This document shows, piece after piece, positions 32,425-47,183 of a DNA stretch of 64,000 nt (positions are counted from its first letter, which is position 1; each line of letters opens with the position of its first letter). Location of the stretch: positions 1-64,000 of the forward strand of contig CAWEXU010000006.1 in NCBI GenBank assembly GCA_963813075.1. The letters are read 5' to 3'. The translations under genes and the position numbers were made by a program. The DNA comes from Methanotrichaceae archaeon. Its GTDB lineage: Archaea; Halobacteriota; Methanosarcinia; Methanotrichales; Methanotrichaceae. A model generated the notes under the pieces. The model did not search any database. It was not told the DNA's origin and was given only the letters and a program-made list of their open reading frames with translations.

Positions 32425-32720
32425 ACTTTAAATAGCATTGCCAGATAGGGAGAGAGGCCGATGTGGTGGGTTCACTGGATTGCCATTTAGAACTCCGATC
32501 AAATCCGGAATGTCTGTGTGGCGAAATCCTTAAATAGGAACTTCGATCACAATTCGGAGCCGAAAAGAGTTCGTCCTTTTGGCCTGATCCGCGAATTCAA
32601 TTGAGAATTCCTCAAATGAATCCTCTGAAGGCCGCAAGATATAAATAGGAAAAACTCCTTTCGTACTAGGCCAATACTGAGCGCAGGACAAAGCTCGCTG
32701 AAGGGCAAGCTTTAAATAAC
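32425..32720 (+). promoter_or_regulatory. Tandem archaeal promoters of the rRNA operon
   Basis: Four TATA-like boxes: TTTAAATA 32427, TTAAATA 32530, TATAAATA 32640, TTTAAATA 32711. Confidence 0.6.
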
Positions 32721-32917
32721 AGTGCTGCCTACAGTAATGGGCCGAAAAGGCATCGCATCCCTAAGGCTGCGACCCTGATCTGATGATGGGTCGAATTCCA
32801 GGCTGCGATATACGGAACAAGTGGAGACGCGAGTTTTTTCGTGTCTGACAATGGTCTTGGCGACTCAGCCAATTCCGATTGGTTCGGAATATTATATTGA
32901 GAATACTTCCTAGAAGA

Positions 32918-34388
<1,471 letters not shown>

Positions 34389-34524
34389 AAAGTTACGAGC
34401 ATGCCAAAAGGCATGCCTCTCTGAGCCAATCGGAAGCTGAAAATGTCGATCAAGACCATGAAAAGCGAATCAAAAAAAGCGAATCTATCCAGCTAATTGA
34501 TATTCATCTGCTGGGCAGGATTTA

Positions 34525-34597
34525 GGGCTTGTAGCTCAGCTGGTAGAGCGCCGCCTTTGCAAGGCGGAGGCCCTGGGTCCGAATCCCAGCAAGTCCA
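34525..34597 (+). tRNA. tRNA-Ala(UGC) in the 16S-23S spacer
   Basis: GGGCTTG acceptor stem, TGC anticodon in CCGCC-TTTGCAA-GGCGG. Confidence 0.97.
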
Positions 34598-34724
34598 TTG
34601 AACAAATGCACACATCGAGGCAGACTCGATGTGGAAGGGCTGAGGTCCGTTTCTCGCAGGAAGCGGTCCCAGGAAGCCGTGCACAAGCTTTGCGACCAGA
34701 CGCTCACTGAGTTTAGTGGGGCAT

Positions 34725-37620
<2,896 letters not shown>

Positions 37621-37741
37621 CTCCGCTAAACTCGGGCGAAATCTGGTCGCAAAGCAAAATGAGCACGGCTTATAAGCCAAGATCCCTGGACTATATGGTC
37701 AGGGTGGCATAAATACCGGTTCGATTCCGGGTCTTGGAATC

Positions 37742-37868
37742 GAGCATGGCGGCCAGAGCGACAGGGAAACTCCTGAACCCATTCCGAACTCAGAAGATAA
37801 GCCTGTCCACGTTCTGCACTGTACTCAGGTGCGCGAGCCCTCGGGAACTGTAGATCGCTGCCATGCTC
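37742..37868 (+). rRNA. rrf: 5S rRNA
   Basis: GAGCATGGCGGCC...CCCATTCCGAAC...GCTGCCATGCTC terminal stem. Confidence 0.96.
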
Positions 37869-37894
37869 ACCTAACTATCTTTTTTTTATCGCTT

Positions 37895-38177
37895 CAACTG
37901 GAGCTTGGGCTCCCTAATTGCTGTTGTCACGAATCCTACTCAGCCATGCTGCATGGTCGATCGGGCTACTGTGCGCCCGGAAGGGCCGCAAAGCGGGAGA
38001 GCTGCCATGCTCACCTAACATCTTTTTATTAGAGCTTTTTAACTGGAGCTAGGGCTCTCTTAATTGCTGTTGTCACGAATCCTACTCAGCCATGCTGCAT
38101 GGTCGATTGGGCTACTGTGCGCCCGGAAGGGCCGCAAACCGGGAGAGCTGCCGTGCTCACCTAACATCTTTTTATTG
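37895..38177 (+). repeat. Two tandem ~140-bp structured repeats, each ending in a copy of the 5S 3' end plus a T-tract
   Basis: Copies ~37896-38030 and ~38041-38176 are nearly identical; both end GCTGCC(A/G)TGCTCACCTAACATCTTTTT. Confidence 0.9.
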
Positions 38178-38659
38178 TTTGGAAAAGGGGACAGCTTGAG
38201 ATTCAGGATCGCAATCTAGCAGCAAGTTCGTAGCCAAGGTATGCTAGTATTCATGCGTATTTAATCCCAAGACCTGGTAAATTTTTCTGCTTGGAACAGA
38301 GAGCCCGGATTGTAGAATGATTGGAATCATAGGAACATTATTGAAGTACGGCAAGAGAAACTCCGCCAGTTAGACATGGGCTCTTTGAGGCGACGGTATC
38401 TCACAAGTTGCATAACTGCTGAATTACAGTGATAACGATCATGGGCATTGGTTCACGTTTATCGTTCTTATGTAGAGCCATATAGCTGAGCAGAAAGGGC
38501 ATTACCTACCTCCAACTAAGGAAAGGGCCTTAAGTTCACGAATGTATCAGGGCGTCTGCAAGTGACACTGCGTCGATAAAAGAAACTTATAGTTCCTAGA
38601 TAACTGAAGATCACCTTTGCTGTTTTCTTTAAAGAAATTATATTAAGAATACCTTAATA

Positions 38660-38746
38660 CATATTAATAATTGATACTGAACATTTTATCTAAAAAGATC
38701 TCCTTAATATATTTAGATGTAGCGTTCAGTATCAATAATTAATATG
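38660..38746. repeat. Long AT-rich inverted repeat
   Basis: CATATTAATAATTGATACTGAAC ... GTTCAGTATCAATAATTAATATG (1 mismatch), inner ATCTAAA/TTTAGAT. Confidence 0.8.
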
Positions 38747-39025
38747 GATTTATCATAGTGCAACATTATGTGAGAAGGTGAGGCAGCAAATGAAACTTTC
38801 AACCAGCAAAAACAAAGAAAGTATGAAAAGAAATTCCAAGGAAATCCTTGAAGACATTAGTTTTCATCAGAGTGCATTTCTTTGAATAAGAAAATAAAAA
38901 AAATTTGGGAGATAAAGAGATAAAACTCAAGGCGATCAATGCTCATAATCCATTAACATTAAATCTTGAAAGGATTCAGGAAGCAAGGAAACTTATAATT
39001 TATAATTTAGGAAGTTCTGTAGGGC

Positions 39026-39298
39026 ATGAAACAAAAGAGAAGCCATGAAATGATCATGCAAAATATCCTGGAAGTATGTGCTCATGGTTCCGGCAAAACC
39101 AAGATAGTATATCAATGCAACCTGAACTTCACTACGGTAAATCCTTATCTGCTTCAGCTTTTAGATAACGGTCTGCTGGAGGTCAAACCCGGGGAATCAA
39201 CCTTCCAAACGACTAAAAAGGGCCTTGAGTTTATGGAGGTGCTCAAGCAACACCATGATGAGATCTCGAAGATTATTTTGCTGCTTGGAGACAATTAG
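39026..39298 (+). CDS. Archaeal winged-helix transcription regulator
   Basis: KRS..I..NIL..C..G..KTKIVYQCNLNF..YL..L..TTKKG. Confidence 0.85.
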   Translation: MKQKRSHEMIMQNILEVCAHGSGKTKIVYQCNLNFTTVNPYLLQLLDNGLLEVKPGESTFQTTKKGLEFMEVLKQHHDEISKIILLLGDN

Positions 39299-40053
39299 AT
39301 TTTATCATCAACCGGCATTGATAAATCAGAACATTCGATCACCGAAAGTAAGCGGTTTCATCGAAGCGATGCAGATCATCCCTTAACCGGGATAGCATTT
39401 ATCATCTTTCATCATACTTGATGAATAATTAATTTAGAGACTAGAGATAAAATTGGATTGATTGAATACCAGGGCCGTTAATTGAAAGAATACGATTTTT
39501 AGGCCCGGGAATCTGGCACGGAAAATCCTCTGACTTGTACGTGTCGTGCGCTAAAGTCTATTCCGATTATGCTGAAAACATGTGTGCAAAAAAAACGTGA
39601 TGATATACAAGTATCTACATGGGATGCGCCGTATTTAATTGCAGATCTATCTCTATTATCGATCACTTTAATATCTTCGTTACCAAGCTGAATCTTATTG
39701 TTTTTCCATTTAGGATGTAAACATGGAGATATGAAATTTCGATTAGGGGACTGTTATAATCGTAATAATCATAAAATTGATATATTATCTATATAAATTA
39801 TTGCTTATGTTGATTCGAAACAAAAGAGAGAATCTCAGTTAGAATATAAATTTAGACGGCAGATTCTTGCTATTTAATAAAATACTAATGTCCTGTCTCT
39901 ATGGACAGGCTAAATCTGCCCACTAGAAACGAAAAAAGGACAAAAGCTACAATAAAGCTTCTGCTTAGATCGCAGCGCGGAACTGTCTATATTTGATGGG
40001 CAGGCCTGGCAGAGGGAACGGTATAGACAGCTAATAAAAGGAGGTAGAAATAT

Positions 40054-40575
40054 ATGAAGTTGAGCTATTGGGCCCTGCTTCTACTGGCAGGGTTCGTATC
40101 GATAGGTGTATCATTAGCCGTGGATTATTCGGTAGAGACGTCAGGAAATGTTCCATCTATATTGGTCTTTACGCCGCCAGCTGGTGGAGCAATGCCATCC
40201 CTTACTCCTGAGGCAGGCCAACCGATTACAAAAGCAGATCAGTTTAAGGTAAAATGCAACGGTCCATTCGATGTTAATGCTGTGGCTCAGCCAACTTGGA
40301 TGGCAGCCAACGGCAAAATGACCCACTGGGACACTATGTTGGGCATATATCCCGTCAACGGGAAACAACTCAACACCCCTATGCACCTGGTCGGAACCGG
40401 AACTGGTTCCTTTGGAGATAAGGACTTGGGCCAGGTTACTGTTCAGCTCCTCTCTGGCACAGGAACGCCGGAGACTACTTACAGCTTCGATTGGTCCCAG
40501 ACCGTATCGTGGTCTGATTACCCTGACAACAACTATAAATTGGATGTCATATTCGGTTGCCAAAGGGTTGTGTGA
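40054..40575 (+). CDS. Secreted beta-rich protein, pilin/WxL-like (paralog A)
   Basis: GGAGGT SD, signal peptide, no membrane anchor, C-terminal NYKLDVIF strand; aligns with 41642-42205. Confidence 0.75.
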   Translation: MKLSYWALLLLAGFVSIGVSLAVDYSVETSGNVPSILVFTPPAGGAMPSLTPEAGQPITKADQFKVKCNGPFDVNAVAQPTWMAANGKMTHWDTMLGIYPVNGKQLNTPMHLVGTGTGSFGDKDLGQVTVQLLSGTGTPETTYSFDWSQTVSWSDYPDNNYKLDVIFGCQRVV

Positions 40576-40718
40576 ATCAAAGTTCATTGCTGAGGTGGAC
40601 AAGACATTTGCCTAACAGGGCCGCGATTAAATCCGTTGCATGTATCCGGATGAAATTTCGTGGCCCTTCTAAATATTTCATAATTACTACTAATAAATTT
40701 ATAAGGGGGCCATTCAGA

Positions 40719-41531
40719 GTGCGAAGATCTAAATGCAGTCTAATTAATTTAATAGCAATCTTTGTATCGATAAGTTTAGCCAACGGATTTGGCGTCACCG
40801 GAGATCTCATAGAAGATACCATTCCCGCCGGTGGGCATATATCTCATGAGATTATTGTGAATACTAGTGCTACCGAAGGACAATCCAACTTCTTCATAGA
40901 AATTATGGGAGTAGATATGGACCCAGACGGGATAATGACTGCCATCAAAGCAAATAAAGACAACAATCCTAACTCTGCAAGACCTTTTCTATCGATTTCC
41001 CCGGTCAGTTTCCTTCTAGGACCTGGTGAGTCTCAAAAACTTCTATTGGAAGGTGATGTTCCCAGCGATGTCGGCTCAGGTACCAGGTATGCTATGGTGG
41101 AGATATTATCTAAACCCATCGGCTCCAATGAATCAGAACCAAAGATGAGCGCAATGGGAGCCATTAATGCAATAGTTATAATACATATCTCTGGAACAGA
41201 TCAGATTATGACGGGAGAGATCTCTGATCTAAAGATAGAAAAACCAATTTCTACTAAAGTGCAAAATATATCCCTGAATTTCGAGAATACCGGAAACACC
41301 CATTTCAAGGCACTGGTTAAAGCTGATCTGCTTGATGAGATGGGAGAAGTATTGGCAAGCACCTCTACCCCTTTGAGCAGAGCCTCTATATTTCCCGGTG
41401 TTTCCAGGCTCTTTAAGTTTGCTATCACACCTGATGAGGAGTTAAAACCCGGAACTTACTCTCTAAATGCCACGGTAAATCTAGGGGATGAAAGCGTCCT
41501 AGCTACCAAGGTGGTGGAATTCAAGATCTAG
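40719..41531 (+). CDS. Secreted two-Ig-domain protein resembling pilus chaperones / WxL-interacting (DUF916-like) proteins
   Basis: Likely GTG start at 40719 with signal peptide; ISP.SF.LGPGESQK, ENTGNTH, IFPG.SR.F, LKPGTYSLNATV. Confidence 0.7.
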   Translation: MRRSKCSLINLIAIFVSISLANGFGVTGDLIEDTIPAGGHISHEIIVNTSATEGQSNFFIEIMGVDMDPDGIMTAIKANKDNNPNSARPFLSISPVSFLLGPGESQKLLLEGDVPSDVGSGTRYAMVEILSKPIGSNESEPKMSAMGAINAIVIIHISGTDQIMTGEISDLKIEKPISTKVQNISLNFENTGNTHFKALVKADLLDEMGEVLASTSTPLSRASIFPGVSRLFKFAITPDEELKPGTYSLNATVNLGDESVLATKVVEFKI

Positions 41532-41641
41532 CTAACCCGAATAATTAACTAAGCCACTGGGTTTGTTATCCGTGACGAACCTGGAGGATACCTTTTTTTT
41601 TAAAAAGGACAAAGGCAAATGAGGAAGAGGGAGAAAGAAGT

Positions 41642-42205
41642 ATGGGTGAGCATAGCTTTTGCAATAGGTTTGCTGTAAGCATTTATGTCTTCCTTTTCCT
41701 CTTCACCGCTCCCCTGGCAGTCTATCCTGTAAATGTCCAGGCCAATGATGGCAGCTCAAACGTTGTCATGGCGGCTCCTGGGCAGGCAGTCCCTGGCTAC
41801 ATAGTTCTGGGTGATGGACTGAAAGAGGTCTCTATCACATTTGAGGGCAATACCACTAATTGGCAACTTGACCCAATGAAATCTCCGGTCATCAATCAAG
41901 GAACCCTTGTAATAACATGTGATGGCCCGTGGAAGGTTTCAGTATCATCTGATACAGGCGGCTATATGGCAGAACACGATAACCAAAGTCAATATGTTCA
42001 TCAAGGCAAGAAGCTCATTACTCCGATGAACATAACTGCTCAAGGCGGAAACATTGTCAATCTATCCAAAGGAGGAGTCCTGATCGAGGGATCGGGCGAT
42101 AAGAAAATACCAATCGTCTTCGAGCAGGTTGTAACCTGGAAAGATCAGCCTTTGCCGCAAAATCATAGATATAAGGCGCATATTTCCTTCCTTGAAACCA
42201 TATAG
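41642..42205 (+). CDS. Secreted beta-rich protein, pilin/WxL-like (paralog B)
   Basis: Signal peptide; CDGPW, GKKLITPM, QVVTWKDQP..YKAHISF. Confidence 0.75.
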   Translation: MGEHSFCNRFAVSIYVFLFLFTAPLAVYPVNVQANDGSSNVVMAAPGQAVPGYIVLGDGLKEVSITFEGNTTNWQLDPMKSPVINQGTLVITCDGPWKVSVSSDTGGYMAEHDNQSQYVHQGKKLITPMNITAQGGNIVNLSKGGVLIEGSGDKKIPIVFEQVVTWKDQPLPQNHRYKAHISFLETI

Positions 42206-42477
42206 ATAATCCTATCATCCTGCTAATTTTGCTGCGCCATACTACAATTTAATATACCTTATAAAACAGAAATTTTTCAAGCAGACGAAATACCAGAAGA
42301 TATTGCGATCCCGAAATTACTAAGTACCTGCTGATCTTATCTCTGTTACGAACTAAATTTCTAACTTAATATACATCTATCCTTTTATTAATGGAAGTTG
42401 ACACAAATGTAGGCTTTGATATTAGCTACTCAAGCTCGATGCAGCAATATCGGAATTTCAGGCGCAGGTGGTCAATC

Positions 42478-44712
42478 ATGAACTCGAAGGCATATCGAAC
42501 TCCAACTATATTCTTCCTCCTGGCTATGGCTGCCTTCGGCCTCTCCTTGGCGCAGGATGGCAGCCCTTATTTCTCTACCGATCAGAATTCAGCAGGTGCC
42601 TCTCATGATAACGCCTGCACGATTATAGCCGACTTGCCGCAGGGAATCGTTCAGGGTTTAACCGTAACAGACACCCTCCCCAGGGGATTGATTTATGAAA
42701 GCAGCAGTCTTGAGGTCATAGGAACCGAGGTATCCCCTTTTGAGAAGGTAAGCCATCCCAATGACGGAAGCCAGCCTGTTACAATAACCTGGTACTTTGG
42801 CCGGGTGGACAACACTGCCAATCAGGACGTTTCCCTCAGGTTTCAGTCCATCGTTGCAAATGTCGTGAGCAACAAGGATGGAGAGTGCCTGGCTGCCAAC
42901 CAGGTATCCACGAGGTTCAAGGATGAGTGTGGAGAAGTTCACACAGCATTTGGTGAAACCGCTTCCTTGAAGCTTGTAGAGCCCGATCTTAAGATCGCGA
43001 TGAGTTCCCGTCCGGATGGTGGCAAAGCTGCGACCTACACCGTCTCTGTCGGTCACGCTGCCGAGAGCCATGCGGATGCCTATGGCTCTGATCTATCCAT
43101 CCTGCTGCCCGCAGGAATTATCTATTCTCCCGGATCTGCAGAGATAGTCTCCGATCCGCCGGGCGGCGGCGGTGGCGGCGTGTTGGATGACACCAATCCT
43201 CGAGAACTCCAAATTCATTTTGACGAGATCGAGCGCCGCTGGAACGAAGACAATATGATTTTATTGGAGTTCCAGGCCACTACAACTGCTGAGAATGTGG
43301 GGGACCTAAGCGAAATTATTGCCACTCTCGGCTGGAAGAGCACGTCGGAGGATAATTTCGGGACCAGGAGCTACATGACGTCCCAATCTATCCCCGTCTG
43401 CATTCCCGCCAGCATCTCGAGCTATTCGCTCAACATAAATCAGGTCGCCGGGCCGGATCCGGTCGAGGCCGGCCAAACTCTGCTCCTCGCCATAAATTAC
43501 GCCAATACAGGAAAGGATGATGTGCACAGCGTAACGATCAAGGAGATATACGACCGAAATGTTACCTATTTATCGGCAACTCCAGCAGCTGATGCAAATA
43601 AAGAGGACACATGGACGATAGGCGATCTGTTGGCCGGTGGATCAGGAACTATCAAGCTAGAAGTGAGAGTAAACCCTGATAGTTCAGATGGCGAATTGCT
43701 GACAAACTCAGTCAAACTGTCCTGTGAGGAGCAGGCTGCAGATGAAGCAATCACTGAAACGATAGTGAAAGCCAAATCGGATGAAACCGCAACAACAAAT
43801 GCTTCAATCAATAGCATCGGTAATAGCATAAATTCCACCGCCATTAATGATAGCATAGAGCTGCCGCAAATTCCGGGCAATAATACTGAAAACTCAATTC
43901 CAATTGAAAATGATACGAAACTTGATCCGGCCCCGGCGACCAATGATCTGGAAATTGTCACCACGTTCGCTAATTTGACATCGGATGCAGAACCAATCAA
44001 TGATTCATCATCGCTGGATTTAGGACTGAATGATACTAAAATCAATCCAAACGCTGATCAATTCGATGCCTTAGAAGAAGCAAGAGAGCCAACGACTGCA
44101 GAAACGCCATCTCAGGATATTATGTTCCCGTTCGTCGCAGATCTGGCAGATGATGCAGTTGGTCAGACAGGGACTAGAGAGATTTCCTCTGAGATGGAAA
44201 GCGGAAACAGAGACTTGAATCAAAGAGATCCAAATACGATCTTGGATGTTAGCATATTATCCTTTAGCAACGGCATGAAAGTCGATGTGATATTCTCAGA
44301 AAGCAGCATTGGGAGCGATAATGCTTACATAATGTCGCATGAAGAGGATGATGGCCTTAGCATGAGCAGTTCGCGAACCAACGGTTCAGACATTGTCGCA
44401 TCGTTGCTCAACGTGACCGCAATATCTGAATCTATAATAAATCAAACTCATTCGAAGGTAAATCAAACTAAATCGCTGGAGACGATACCCAAGATTGAAG
44501 TCGATGAGACAAATCCAGCCGATAATTCAAAGGATCTGTCCAATAAAGAAGCTGTGACAACTGATATTGTGGCAACTGATATTGGGGCAAATGATATTGT
44601 GGGAACAGATATGCCAGCGACAATTATTGTGGCAGATACCACGGCAACCACTCCTGAGCAAGACAAAAATTCCAAGCCGGATCGACCAGTGAGAAACCAT
44701 AAACAAGCTTAA
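42478..44712 (+). CDS. Large secreted DUF11 / isopeptide-pilin-like domain protein with an acidic, N/T-rich tail
   Basis: Signal peptide from the ATG at 42478; VTDTLPRGLIY, LVEPDLKI, PDPVEAGQTL..I.YANTG, WTIGDL. Confidence 0.78.
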   Translation: MNSKAYRTPTIFFLLAMAAFGLSLAQDGSPYFSTDQNSAGASHDNACTIIADLPQGIVQGLTVTDTLPRGLIYESSSLEVIGTEVSPFEKVSHPNDGSQPVTITWYFGRVDNTANQDVSLRFQSIVANVVSNKDGECLAANQVSTRFKDECGEVHTAFGETASLKLVEPDLKIAMSSRPDGGKAATYTVSVGHAAESHADAYGSDLSILLPAGIIYSPGSAEIVSDPPGGGGGGVLDDTNPRELQIHFDEIERRWNEDNMILLEFQATTTAENVGDLSEIIATLGWKSTSEDNFGTRSYMTSQSIPVCIPASISSYSLNINQVAGPDPVEAGQTLLLAINYANTGKDDVHSVTIKEIYDRNVTYLSATPAADANKEDTWTIGDLLAGGSGTIKLEVRVNPDSSDGELLTNSVKLSCEEQAADEAITETIVKAKSDETATTNASINSIGNSINSTAINDSIELPQIPGNNTENSIPIENDTKLDPAPATNDLEIVTTFANLTSDAEPINDSSSLDLGLNDTKINPNADQFDALEEAREPTTAETPSQDIMFPFVADLADDAVGQTGTREISSEMESGNRDLNQRDPNTILDVSILSFSNGMKVDVIFSESSIGSDNAYIMSHEEDDGLSMSSSRTNGSDIVASLLNVTAISESIINQTHSKVNQTKSLETIPKIEVDETNPADNSKDLSNKEAVTTDIVATDIGANDIVGTDMPATIIVADTTATTPEQDKNSKPDRPVRNHKQA

Positions 44713-44739
44713 GATTTCGATAGTCAGTATGAGGATGGA

Positions 44740-46938
44740 TTGAGGCAAGCCGAAATTGGTTCAAGGTTCTTGATCTTAGCTATCTTCTTCCTGAGTGCTG
44801 CCAGCTGCTCGCCAACCTTTATCTCAGAGTCGTATACCAGCTTCAGTCCCAATCCACATATCCTCCTGTCTTCCGAAACCAACCCCGCTCATGCCATTCT
44901 CAATGCGACCTCGAGTTTGCCAGAGAATGCGGAGAATGCGGAGAATACGGAGATAATCCAAAACGAATATTCTTATAAAAATCAGCAATCTCTTGATACA
45001 GCTCAGCTTATAATGACTGATAGGAGCTACCAAATAGACAAAGCTGTTTCGAACTTTATTTTATGGATAAATAAGACGGCTGATAAATCGATTTATGCAG
45101 AGGAAGAGAATGTGACTTACACTATTAAATATAAAAATAACGGTGTGAGTGCCGCCAAATATGTCACCATCATAGATGCTCTTCCCGATGTAGAAGTCGT
45201 GTCTATGTCCCCTTCCGCAGATTATGTGGCAGAAAATAACCTCACCTGGGATATCGGCACGCTAGTCCCTGGTCAGTCCGGGTCAATAACCTTAGAGGTC
45301 AAGCAGCCGAAAACTTTTAATTCAAATTTCGATGACGACTCCGGCGTCAGCGGAAATGGTTTTGTGAATATATGGAAGAGCCTTTCCACGCATGAGGAAA
45401 TCAATACTCTCTGCAATACAGCGACCATTTCTGGAATCTATGAAGATAAGCGTTATCCATCGGTGTCATCTTCTGTGACCGTCGAACTTGGCGCCAGGTC
45501 TGTAGCCAATATCAAGAACAAAGAGCATGGCAGTGGTTACTACAGAGAGTCGCAGAGCTCTAAAATCAACAACACTATCCCGAGCATAAGGCTGAAGAAG
45601 GATCTGTCTGCCAGGTATGAGCCGGTGGCATTGAGCCTGCCAGAAAATAAGGTTCAAAGGATAAGCTCAAAATGGTCAGATTGTACTTCTGCCTCGACTA
45701 ATGAAAATGGCTCTTTAAATTCAGTAGTCGATGAAAATCGCTATATGGATCTGATAAATAGGGATACATCCTATGATACAAGAAATAGTGAAATTACTTA
45801 TTCCTCCCAGGGAAATTTTTCGGGTGGAATTGCACATATTGGCTATACTAAAAGAGCCGCTGGCAGCAAGAAGGATACCACTTACATATCCGAGACATAC
45901 CATGGAAGCTTCCAAACAAAGCAATCTCTGGACTCTTTCAAAACCAGCCCCACCTATAAAAAAGAAGCATCAGGAACCGGTTTCGTCTCTTCTGAAAAAA
46001 TAGCCAGCTGCAGTCTGAGGTCGAATGAGCTGGGTAGTGGCTCCTACCAATCAGCGGAGTCCATCCAGGGCGGCTCGATCAAGAAGATCATCACTCTGGT
46101 CCATATGCCCAATAATCAGCTGGCAGGCGCATCCAAGATCAGATACGACAGCAAGTGGAGCGAGGCGATGTATGCCCTGGATACAGAAAAAGACACGGAG
46201 ATCTTGAACCGGATCAGTTCGGCAGACTATGTCCAAAAGGATGCGCTGATGAGTTCCTCTTTCTTTTCCATGACCGGCGGATTTAATGGAACGAACAATT
46301 TGAACGCCAGGGCTCTGGAAGATGCGATGAATTCCACAGGAGAATCGTTCCGGCTGGATCAGGTTCTAATAGGCAGTCTCCGGCTGGATACAACCATTGG
46401 CTTAGGCCAGTCATTAAAATATGTATATCCACATATTAATCTTACAAAGCGGGTGTTCCATCAAGATGATGATATCTTCACTTATAGAATATGGATCAAT
46501 AATGACGGAAATGAGACCCTGGGACCTGTTGTTGTAGTGGATCAAATACCGGTGGAAGCGACCTTTATTAGCTCAACTCTCAGGCCGATTGTTCAGGGAC
46601 GAATTGTAAGCTGGACACTGCAAGCTCTGCCACCCGGAGAGACGACGATAATAGACCTCAAAATTTCATTAGAGAGTATTTCTCCTGCAGTTATAAACAG
46701 GGTGCAAGCAGTCGCCAGATACCAAAATCGGACTATCCTAGCAGAAGCGGCTTCATCACCTTATGATACAATAGACGGTATGACAACGAATGAATCGATA
46801 AAATTAGAGGATGCTACTACTTATGGGGATTGGAAACCACCTTCCTGCTTTTATCTAAACTCCAGTATGACCGGTTGTGGTACGGAGATAGATGACTATT
46901 ATAATAACCTCTCTGACAATTGCAGTGATATTCCATGA
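44740..46938 (+). CDS. Large secreted protein with two DUF11 domains
   Basis: KTADK..VTYTIKYKNNG..IIDALP..LTWDIGTL.PG; second domain FTYRIWINNDG..VVDQIP. Confidence 0.8.
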   Translation: MRQAEIGSRFLILAIFFLSAASCSPTFISESYTSFSPNPHILLSSETNPAHAILNATSSLPENAENAENTEIIQNEYSYKNQQSLDTAQLIMTDRSYQIDKAVSNFILWINKTADKSIYAEEENVTYTIKYKNNGVSAAKYVTIIDALPDVEVVSMSPSADYVAENNLTWDIGTLVPGQSGSITLEVKQPKTFNSNFDDDSGVSGNGFVNIWKSLSTHEEINTLCNTATISGIYEDKRYPSVSSSVTVELGARSVANIKNKEHGSGYYRESQSSKINNTIPSIRLKKDLSARYEPVALSLPENKVQRISSKWSDCTSASTNENGSLNSVVDENRYMDLINRDTSYDTRNSEITYSSQGNFSGGIAHIGYTKRAAGSKKDTTYISETYHGSFQTKQSLDSFKTSPTYKKEASGTGFVSSEKIASCSLRSNELGSGSYQSAESIQGGSIKKIITLVHMPNNQLAGASKIRYDSKWSEAMYALDTEKDTEILNRISSADYVQKDALMSSSFFSMTGGFNGTNNLNARALEDAMNSTGESFRLDQVLIGSLRLDTTIGLGQSLKYVYPHINLTKRVFHQDDDIFTYRIWINNDGNETLGPVVVVDQIPVEATFISSTLRPIVQGRIVSWTLQALPPGETTIIDLKISLESISPAVINRVQAVARYQNRTILAEAASSPYDTIDGMTTNESIKLEDATTYGDWKPPSCFYLNSSMTGCGTEIDDYYNNLSDNCSDIP

Positions 46939-46976
46939 ACTTCTAGCTATGAAGAAATACGAGAGAAAGGCTAAAA

Positions 46977-47183
46977 TTAGATACAGAAGGTTCTACTGTC
47001 AAGGAATGAGAGCTTTCGCCCTTTGGGTGCCAACTCCAGGAGGACCTGATAATGCTCTTCAAGGCCTTTCTTCAAATTGGAGACTGCCTCTTCTTCAGTA
47101 GATCCTTGATCAGCTACATTTGTGATCAGGTCAATTGCCACGAAGTATTTTCCTTCTTTATGGATCTGGATTAGAGTCTTCAT
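46977..47183 (-). CDS. Short HicB-like antitoxin (orphan)
   Basis: EGKYFVA..VADQGST.EEAV.NLKKGLE RNase H-like HicB motif. Confidence 0.75.
   Translation of the reverse strand: MKTLIQIHKEGKYFVAIDLITNVADQGSTEEEAVSNLKKGLEEHYQVLLELAPKGRKLSFLDSRTFCI

Noticed and set aside
38790..38885. 31-aa ORF with an SD resembling the start of a wHTH gene (MKRNSKEILEDI)
   Set aside because: Too short and similarity too weak; at best a remnant
44560..44960. 15-bp and 9-bp coding repeats in the DUF11 genes as a diversity-generating signal
   Set aside because: Short in-frame slippage repeats in disordered linkers; no template/variable repeat pair or reverse transcriptase seen
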